DNA of 64,000 nt from an uncultured Eubacteriales bacterium (GTDB taxonomy: Bacteria > Bacillota > Clostridia > Oscillospirales > CAG-382), in the NCBI GenBank assembly GCA_900551295.1, contig URVJ01000007.1, positions 20,560 through 84,559 of the forward strand, read 5' to 3'. The position numbers were made by a program, and so were the translations under genes. This document shows positions 57,720-64,000 of this stretch, piece after piece (within the stretch, counting starts at the first letter, position 1; each line of letters begins with the position of its first letter). The notes under the pieces were generated by a model that did no database searches, was not told the DNA's origin, and was given only the letters and a program-made list of their open reading frames with translations.

Positions 57720-58085
57720 ATGAAAAAGCAGAAAAATCAAAACAAACAACTTGAAAAATCGGCAAACCGTATGAAGATTGCCTGCATGGCAACAGCGGCA
57801 GTTTTTGTAGTAATCGGAATAATCTTTGATAACTATATTTTTAGAAGAACAATGTATTTGCAGAATTTCCGCAGTTTTACGAGATATATTTCGATTAATG
57901 CGGTTGTTGTTCTCGGCTGCTTTTCTGATATAATTGTCAGAAGATTTAAAAAGAATAACGGTAAACCCGATATTATTTCCATTATACCGATTGTAATAAC
58001 TGTACTGTTTGTTTTTGTTGCGGTTGCCTATATGAGGTTTGTTATAAATAATATCAATATGTACTTCCCGTATATTTATTCTTAA
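57720..58085 (+). CDS. Small 3-TM membrane protein of unknown function
   Basis: 121 aa. Basic N-terminus followed by three hydrophobic helices. It starts 17 nt after the preceding ORF. Confidence 0.5.
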   Translation: MKKQKNQNKQLEKSANRMKIACMATAAVFVVIGIIFDNYIFRRTMYLQNFRSFTRYISINAVVVLGCFSDIIVRRFKKNNGKPDIISIIPIVITVLFVFVAVAYMRFVINNINMYFPYIYS

Positions 58086-58196
58086 TCGCAGCTTTTAAAT
58101 TTCCACGTATTGATATACAGCGGTAATCCGGGAAGAAAAGCGAATTGCGGAAAAGAGAAGTACATATAATGTAAAAGATTTGCTTAAAGGCAAAGC

Positions 58197-58487
58197 TTAC
58201 TCTTGGGTACAGAAACAGAACTCGATTTTTGCGAAAAAACCGAGAGCATCCTTTAATATTTCATTTGCTTGACGAAGCTCTGCGTTTTCACGTTCAAGCT
58301 CGCATATTTTTGCATTAGTTTAATTTTCTGTCAGAACCACAGTATGCTTTTTTGCATACTTACGAGCTTTTCTCCAATCCGCAAGCGTGTAGTATTGCAA
58401 TCCTAATTGCAGTGCTGCCTTCTTGACTCCTATTTCATCGGACAGTTTTAACGCTTCCTTTTTAAATTCTTTGCTGTACTTTGACAT
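58197..58487 (-). mobile_element. IS3-family transposase orfA remnant (frameshifted, no orfB)
   Basis: Reverse strand reads MSKYSKEFKKEALKLSDEIGVKKAALQLGLQYYTLADWRKARKYAKKHTVVLTEN*. In another frame it continues ...ICELERENAELRQANEILKDALGFFAK..., which is the HTH plus leucine-zipper pattern of IS3/IS911 OrfA. No transposase catalytic ORF follows. Confidence 0.7.
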
Positions 58488-58564
58488 TTTCTTTCCCTCT
58501 TTCTGATTTATTATATCAGATTTTTTGGTGTTTGTCGACTCTATTTATATTATACCACTCCAGT

Positions 58565-58652
58565 TTTGTAAGTGAACATTTCGGTGCAGATGTAGAATGG
58601 TTTGAAAACGAGTATAAAGTGGTTATTACAAAACCCGAAAAAAGTAAAATTT
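58565..58652 (+). pseudogene. 3' fragment of a stalk-domain (copper amine oxidase N-like) gene
   Basis: Reads ...SSFVSEHFGADVEWFENEYKVVITKPEKSKI*, which matches the usual end of stalk domains (FVSEALGAKVxWdxxxktVtIt). No upstream coding continuation. Confidence 0.4.
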
Positions 58653-58753
58653 AAAGCGCTCCGTAAAGAGCGCAGATAAAGGATAAAGCTGTCCCGTGAT
58701 TTGTTCGCAGGGCGGCTTTTTCTTTGGTTTATACACTATATATCAAAAATCAA

Positions 58754-58779
58754 AGCACGGCGTAAAAACCGTGCTTTTT
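58754..58779. terminator. Bidirectional terminator downstream of citrate synthase
   Basis: AGCACGG-cgtaaaaa-CCGTGCT flanked by an A-rich 5' side and a TTTTT 3' side. Confidence 0.7.
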
Positions 58780-58807
58780 CGTATGTGTTTTTTGCAAATG
58801 TCAGCTT

Positions 58808-60163
58808 TTATCTTTCGCTTATCGGCTTGTATTCCTTTAAGTTATAGGGAGTTTTGTAAGCAGGACGCATAATTCTTCCGCCCGTTAATATTTCCTCTAT
58901 TCTGTGAGCGCACCAGCCGGCAACGCGTGCGGTTGCAAAGAGCGGAGTGTAAAGTTCGGGCGGAATACCGAGCATTCTGTAAATAAGTCCAGAATACATA
59001 TCGACGTTTGCGCACATTGCCTTGTCGTTTCCGGTGACGTCCTTGAACACTTTAGGCGTTATTGCCTCTATCTTTCTCAGCAAGTCGAATTCCGACATAT
59101 AACCTTTCTTTTCGGCAAGATTGAGTGCGTTTTTCTTGAGCACCAAAGCCCTCGGGTCGGACTGAGTATATATGGCGTGTCCCATACCGTATATAAGACC
59201 GCTGCCGTCGCCTGCCTCTTTGTTTAATATCTTCTTTAAGTAGTCGTATACTTCCTCATCGTCTTTCCAGTCTTTGACGTTCTCCTTTATCTCGGTGAAC
59301 ATTTCTTCAACCTTGATGTTGGCGCCGCCGTGTCTCGGACCTTTGAGCGAACCGATGGCAGCCGCAATGGAGGAATATATATCCGAGTTTGTGGAGGAAA
59401 CGACGCGGCAGGTGAAAGTCGAGTTGTTACCGCCGCCGTGCTCTGCGTGCAGCACAAGACATATGTCAAGCAGTCTTGCCTCGTCCTCGTCAAAGGATAC
59501 GTCCTGTCCGAGCAGTCTCATAAAGTTCTGCGCGGTGGACAGACCCTCTTTGGGACGGTGTAAGAGCAGACTGTCCTGGTCAAAGCAGTGGCGTTTCACA
59601 GAGTATGCGTGCGCAGCGATTATCGGCAGCCTTGCAATAAGCTGTATGCTCTGGCGGAGCTGATTGTCGATAGTCATATCTTCGGGATCGCTGTCATAAG
59701 AATAGAGTGAGAGGACGCTCGACTGCATTTTGTTCATTATGTTTGCGCTCGGTGCGCGCATAATTACGTCCTCGGTGAAGTTTGCGGGAAGAAAAGCATA
59801 CGAATTGGTCAGCTTGTTGAAAGTGTCGAGCTGTTCTGACGTCGGAAGAAAACCGAAAAGCAGCAGAAAAGCACATTCTTCAAAGCCGTATCTGTTTTCA
59901 TTTACATATCCGTCAACAAGTTTTTCAACGTCGTAGCCTCTGTAAAACAGCTTGCCTTCGTCGGAACGCTTTTCGCCTTCGTACAGGACATAACCGTGGA
60001 CAAGGCCTAAATTCGTAACGCCGGCAACAACGCCTGAACCGTCGGAATTTCTCAAACCGCGCTTTACGTTGGAAGTCTCGAATGCCTTTTGCGGTATGGC
60101 ATAGCTGTCCTTGCACATCTGCGATAAGGCAAGCAGACTTTCGGGATAGTTGTCGTATATCAT
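58808..60163 (-). CDS. Citrate synthase (citrate/2-methylcitrate synthase family)
   Basis: LHAEHGGGNNSTF, GPRHGGAN, GMGHAIY and the ARVAGWCAHRIEE motifs. ATG at 60163 follows GGGAGG. The track start at 60238 is an unsupported extension. Confidence 0.9.
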   Translation of the reverse strand: MIYDNYPESLLALSQMCKDSYAIPQKAFETSNVKRGLRNSDGSGVVAGVTNLGLVHGYVLYEGEKRSDEGKLFYRGYDVEKLVDGYVNENRYGFEECAFLLLFGFLPTSEQLDTFNKLTNSYAFLPANFTEDVIMRAPSANIMNKMQSSVLSLYSYDSDPEDMTIDNQLRQSIQLIARLPIIAAHAYSVKRHCFDQDSLLLHRPKEGLSTAQNFMRLLGQDVSFDEDEARLLDICLVLHAEHGGGNNSTFTCRVVSSTNSDIYSSIAAAIGSLKGPRHGGANIKVEEMFTEIKENVKDWKDDEEVYDYLKKILNKEAGDGSGLIYGMGHAIYTQSDPRALVLKKNALNLAEKKGYMSEFDLLRKIEAITPKVFKDVTGNDKAMCANVDMYSGLIYRMLGIPPELYTPLFATARVAGWCAHRIEEILTGGRIMRPAYKTPYNLKEYKPISER

Positions 60164-60245
60164 GCTTTTTTCCTCCCGGAACTGAATAAATGTTGTTAAT
60201 AGTGGAAATATTCTAACATAAAAACCTTTAAATTGCAAGAGGTAA

Positions 60246-61469
60246 ATGAAAATTATGCATATTTGTTTTCAAAACGGACGTATAAAAAAAATAATTCTGC
60301 GGCTTGCCGTATTTGCGCTGTGTACCGGCGTCGCGGTGTGTGCGGGAGAGTATAGGACGGAAAAGCCCTCCAAAAGTGTCTATAACGCCGAGAACAGCAA
60401 GTATTTATCGGTTTTCGGAACAGCGTCAAAGCACAATGATTCAAAATATGTTGCGCAAACCTCCGATAATATGCCGAAAATGAATAATGACGAAACGGAT
60501 TATTCATTGCAGATTCAAGGCGGTGCACAGATCCCCGAAACAAGCGGCGAAACGAGTGCCGAAACGAGCACCGAAACGCCTAAGAGCGTGCAAGAGGATA
60601 TAAAGGTCGGAAAAATCGATATGCCGTGTGCCGACGGCAAGATTAGCGTGTATCTGCATACTCAAAAGACTGCTGCAGAAATGGATCTTGAGGAATATGT
60701 AACGTGCTGCGTCGCCGCGGAAATGCCGTCGAGCTTTGAAACACAGGCGCTTATGGCTCAGGCTGTTGCGGCAAGAACATTTGCGGTCAGAAAAATGCTT
60801 TTGGGAGCTGCCGACGGTCACGACGGAGCCGCCGTCTGTACCGATTACAGACATTGCCAAAGTTATATTTCGCAAGAGGATTATCTGCAAAAGGGCGAGT
60901 ATGCAAAAGAACGCCTTGAAAAGATACGCGGTGCGGTAAACGCGACACGGGGCGTAATTGCGCTATATGATTCTCAGCCGATAAACGCCGTATACCATGC
61001 GGCAAGCGGACATAGGACAAAGAGCAGCGCAGAAGTCTGGGGAGGAAACATACCGTATCTTGTTTCGGTTGCCGCGCCCGAGGAAAAGAGCGTTTGCGGC
61101 AAGACTTACAGCTTTGATTACGGCACTCTTGCGTCAAAGCTGTTTTCTGACAGCTTAAAGGCTGCGGAATGTTCTTCCTCGGGAAAGAGCGCATTTAAAA
61201 TTGAAAATAATGAATACGGCTCGGCGGAAACTTTAAAGATTCTCGGCGAAAGTTTTGATAAAAAGACGCTCAAAAGAAAACTCGGACTGCGTTCCGATGA
61301 TTTCGGCGTAACATTTGACGAAAACGGCGCAAATTTTGAAACTTACGGCTACGGGCACGGCGTAGGTATGAGCCAGTACGGCGCAGATGAGCTTGCAAAA
61401 CAGGGTAAAAGCTATCTTGAAATACTCAAATATTACTATACCGGAATAGAATTCGGCGTGCTGTATTGA
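60246..61469 (+). CDS. spoIID: Stage II sporulation protein D (SpoIID/LytB domain)
   Basis: EEYVTCCVAAEMPSSFETQALMAQAVAARTFAV, VYHAASGHRT, GYGHGVGMSQYGA. The start may instead be ATG at 60255. Confidence 0.85.
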   Translation: MKIMHICFQNGRIKKIILRLAVFALCTGVAVCAGEYRTEKPSKSVYNAENSKYLSVFGTASKHNDSKYVAQTSDNMPKMNNDETDYSLQIQGGAQIPETSGETSAETSTETPKSVQEDIKVGKIDMPCADGKISVYLHTQKTAAEMDLEEYVTCCVAAEMPSSFETQALMAQAVAARTFAVRKMLLGAADGHDGAAVCTDYRHCQSYISQEDYLQKGEYAKERLEKIRGAVNATRGVIALYDSQPINAVYHAASGHRTKSSAEVWGGNIPYLVSVAAPEEKSVCGKTYSFDYGTLASKLFSDSLKAAECSSSGKSAFKIENNEYGSAETLKILGESFDKKTLKRKLGLRSDDFGVTFDENGANFETYGYGHGVGMSQYGADELAKQGKSYLEILKYYYTGIEFGVLY

Positions 61470-61816
61470 AAATTTGTTCGGAGTTTGTTTTTTCGGTAAC
61501 GGATTCGGAAATTTGATATTAATGTTGATTTTTTGCCGCGCATATGATAGAATCTGAATAATGAACGCCGACAGTACAAACGGGATATTTTGCTTTGAAA
61601 ATGTAATTAGCGTAAAATGACGGTTTCGGCGTTGTAATAATGCCTGTTTCCGTCATTGTTTTTGTGAATTTGCAGAAAAATCAAAATCATTCTTCAGAAT
61701 GGTGACAAAACCGAAAATGTATGGTATTATAAAATATAAAGCAACTTTTTAACGAACGGATTTTGCCGTTATATCTGTTGCCAAGACTTGCTGAAACAGG
61801 ACGGGAGGTTTTAAGA

Positions 61817-62545
61817 ATGAATATTACGATATGCGACGACCGTGAAAATGAACTTGAAAACATTAAGCGGATAGTATCGGAATATGCGAAGGCTCATGCG
61901 GAGCTGTCAATTAAAATCGACTGTTACCTGAATCCTCTCGATATGCTGGAAAGTATAAGCAAAAACGGCGTCCCGGACATTGCGCTTCTTGATGTCTGTA
62001 TGCCGGGTATTCTCGGAACGGAAGTCGCAAAAGAGCTTAAAACCAAGAGCGAAGATAATACGGACATTATTTTTCTGACGACAAGCTCGGATTTTGCGGT
62101 TGAGGCCTTTGCGCTGCACGTCAATGACTATCTGACAAAACCCTTTACAAGGGAAAGACTTACTGATACGCTTGACAGAATAATAGAAAAAAGAAAGAGA
62201 CGTCTGTTTGTATCCGTGACGAGCGGACGGGAAATACACCGTATCGACTTGTATCAGGTGCTGTATATGGAATCTAAAAACCACAACGTCGAAATATACT
62301 TAAAATCGGGAAAGAATATCAAAACGCATACCACTCTTGCAGATATGAAAAGTCTGTTTGACAATGTTAAAGGCTTTATATCCGTAGGAGCTTCGTATAT
62401 CGTGAATTTAAGATGCGTGCAGAGTATTCTCCAAACAGAGCTTATTATGGTAAACGGACAGAATATACCTGTTCCGAGGCGTCTCAGAAACGACGTTAAG
62501 GAGTGGTATTTTGATTTTTACCGCGAGGAGGCGGTGAGTAAATGA
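61817..62545 (+). CDS. LytTR-family two-component response regulator
   Basis: REC domain (MNITICDDRENE...DIALLDVCMPG...) plus a LytTR DNA-binding domain (IHRIDLYQVLYMESKNHNVEIYL...). ATG at 61817 follows GGGAGG. Confidence 0.9.
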   Translation: MNITICDDRENELENIKRIVSEYAKAHAELSIKIDCYLNPLDMLESISKNGVPDIALLDVCMPGILGTEVAKELKTKSEDNTDIIFLTTSSDFAVEAFALHVNDYLTKPFTRERLTDTLDRIIEKRKRRLFVSVTSGREIHRIDLYQVLYMESKNHNVEIYLKSGKNIKTHTTLADMKSLFDNVKGFISVGASYIVNLRCVQSILQTELIMVNGQNIPVPRRLRNDVKEWYFDFYREEAVSK

Positions 62546-63813
62546 TACGTATGCTTGCGGCGTGGATCCTGCTCGGAGTTTCACATCTGATTTCTTTTTG
62601 GGTAATGACCGAACCGAAATATTCCGCACGCAAAACCGCGCTTATATATTCTGTATTTTGCGTCGCGTTTGTTAGCATTATCGCTCTTTCTTACCTTACG
62701 CTGACGGACGGTATCGTATTTTATGCCACAGGGTTTACCGTTACAATTATCGCAGCGTTTTTTGTTTTTCTGCTGACATCCGCAGATCCCGTGTGTAAAA
62801 AGATATTTCTGTTTATCAGCTATGCAAATGTATTCAGTATGTTCGTGTGTATTTCGCTTATACTGTGCAGCATATTTTTAAAAGGAGCGTCTGAAACCGC
62901 AGTATACTATGCAAGAAATATCATAATAACTCTCCTGTTTATACCGGCTGCTTTAATATATATGCGCTTTTTGCGTCCTGCGGTAAGAGCCGTGTCGGGA
63001 AAGCGCCGTAAAACGTGGTACTCGATATCAGTCGTTTCGCTTTTGTTTCTGATTATATTCGCGTTATTTCTGGTATTGTTCAATGCCGAATACGGACATA
63101 TCAACAAATACATTCCTCTTTTTGCCGTTTTTGTTTTAATATACATATCAATTTTGTGGGTCATTTTCGGCACTGTAAAATCAATGATAGATGAAAGCAA
63201 CACCGAGTTGATTAGCAGGAACGTGGCTTACTTGCAGGGGCAGCTTAAAACCGCAAAGGAAAATGAGCTGACGGCAAAGACGGTGCGCCATGATTTCAGA
63301 CATCATAATCAGAACATTGCGCAAATGTTGAAAAAAGGCGAGATTAAAGAGGCACTGAGTTATCTGGAACGGTATAACGACAGTCTTGATGCGGCAAAAC
63401 CGAACGATTTTTGCCCGAATATAACGGTGAACGCTATTTTGAACAGCTTTTGCACAAAAGCCGGGAAACAGGGAATTTCCGTAAGCGTCGAAGCAGATAC
63501 CGCAGAAAATACGCCGATATCCGATATGGATTTTGTTGCGATTTTGTCAAATCTGTTGGAAAATGCCGTAAACGGCTGTGCCGAATGCGGCTCTGACGGT
63601 GAAATAAAGGTAAATATCCGCACCGTTGCCGATAAAACGGTCATTGTTTGCTCAAACCCTTGCAGGAAAGATCTTTCCATAGAAAACAATATGATCAAAA
63701 ACCGAGGTATCGGAATAGCAGGTATGCTTTCTGCAATACGCAAATATGACGGGGACATCAAGTACAGCCTTGACGACGGCACGCTGACTGCCTGTATTAT
63801 ATTGAATTCCTGA
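62542..63813 (+). CDS. AgrC/HPK10-like sensor histidine kinase (GHKL ATPase, 6 TM)
   Basis: Six N-terminal TM helices, an H-box RHDFRHHNQNI, and an ATPase region LLENAVNGCAECG...NRGIGIAGM. Its ATG overlaps the regulator stop (ATGA). Confidence 0.85.
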   Translation: MIRMLAAWILLGVSHLISFWVMTEPKYSARKTALIYSVFCVAFVSIIALSYLTLTDGIVFYATGFTVTIIAAFFVFLLTSADPVCKKIFLFISYANVFSMFVCISLILCSIFLKGASETAVYYARNIIITLLFIPAALIYMRFLRPAVRAVSGKRRKTWYSISVVSLLFLIIFALFLVLFNAEYGHINKYIPLFAVFVLIYISILWVIFGTVKSMIDESNTELISRNVAYLQGQLKTAKENELTAKTVRHDFRHHNQNIAQMLKKGEIKEALSYLERYNDSLDAAKPNDFCPNITVNAILNSFCTKAGKQGISVSVEADTAENTPISDMDFVAILSNLLENAVNGCAECGSDGEIKVNIRTVADKTVIVCSNPCRKDLSIENNMIKNRGIGIAGMLSAIRKYDGDIKYSLDDGTLTACIILNS

Positions 63814-63855
63814 TTTTCTGCATGACCAATTATGTTCCGAAATCTACCAATTACG

Positions 63856-63883
63856 AAAAAGCCATCCGAAAGGGTGGTTTTTA
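63856..63883. terminator. Terminator hairpin after the kinase gene
   Basis: CCATCC-GAAA-GGGTGG (one G-U) flanked by AAAAA on the 5' side and TTTTT on the 3' side. Confidence 0.5.
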
Positions 63884-64000
63884 TATTATACTTAAATTTC
63901 GGAACGAATATAAAAATTCCGCAGCTTTCTCAGGTAATAGGAAACGACAGAAACGGATATCCGATAAGCGGATATATTGAAAATACGGCAGACGGAAATT

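Larger units (their letters stand above)
43400..58560. mobile_element. Accessory, AT-richer region (RHS polymorphic-toxin island) bounded by degraded recombinase genes
   Basis: Left edge is a truncated tyrosine-recombinase ORF fused to a dockerin-gene tail. Right edge is an IS3 orfA remnant and a truncated stalk-domain gene tail. The interior from 44.6 to 58.1 kb is visibly more AT-rich than the flanks (not computed). All interior genes are on the + strand. Confidence 0.55.

Overview
A 64 kb chromosomal window from a low-to-mid GC Firmicute, probably a Clostridia or Oscillospiraceae-like organism. The taxonomic guess rests on SLH and dockerin modules, spoIID, rubrerythrins and Gram-positive style RBSs. 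Most of the window is core genome. It includes a GGDEF/EAL signalling protein, mntP, an ECF sigma/anti-sigma pair, tgt, mutL and mreB. There is a six-gene aromatic amino-acid operon (tyrA-aroA-aroC-pheA-aroE/K-aroQ), a glycerophosphate-related operon, a perR-rubrerythrin oxidative-stress cluster, citrate synthase, spoIID and a LytTR two-component system. Three regulatory or structural items stand out in the core. First, a 32-codon Tyr/Phe-rich leader ORF plus terminator lies upstream of tyrA, suggesting ribosome-mediated attenuation. Second, a cobalamin riboswitch precedes a roughly 1510-aa SLH-anchored surface protein carrying a transcobalamin-like DUF4430 module. Third, a roughly 1570-aa SLH glycoside-hydrolase-like gene is split by a frameshift. 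Positions about 43.4-58.6 kb are a visibly more AT-rich accessory region (judged by eye, not computed). It is bounded by a truncated integrase::dockerin chimeric pseudogene on the left. On the right it is bounded by an IS3 orfA remnant plus a truncated gene fragment. The region carries a 1207-aa secreted protein of unknown function and a 1630-aa RHS/YD-repeat polymorphic toxin with a DUF4474-like C-terminal domain and an adjacent small immunity candidate. It also carries an orphan RHS C-terminal cassette with a membrane-protein partner, and two further clusters of small lipoprotein or membrane genes. Each of those two clusters is preceded by a roughly 100 bp repeat derived from an rhs YD-repeat segment. 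That repeat contains a perfect TTGACA-N17-TATAAT promoter, and the same motif also sits inside the rhs CDS. No rRNA, tRNA or CRISPR arrays were seen. All family assignments are from motif recognition by eye; no database search was run.
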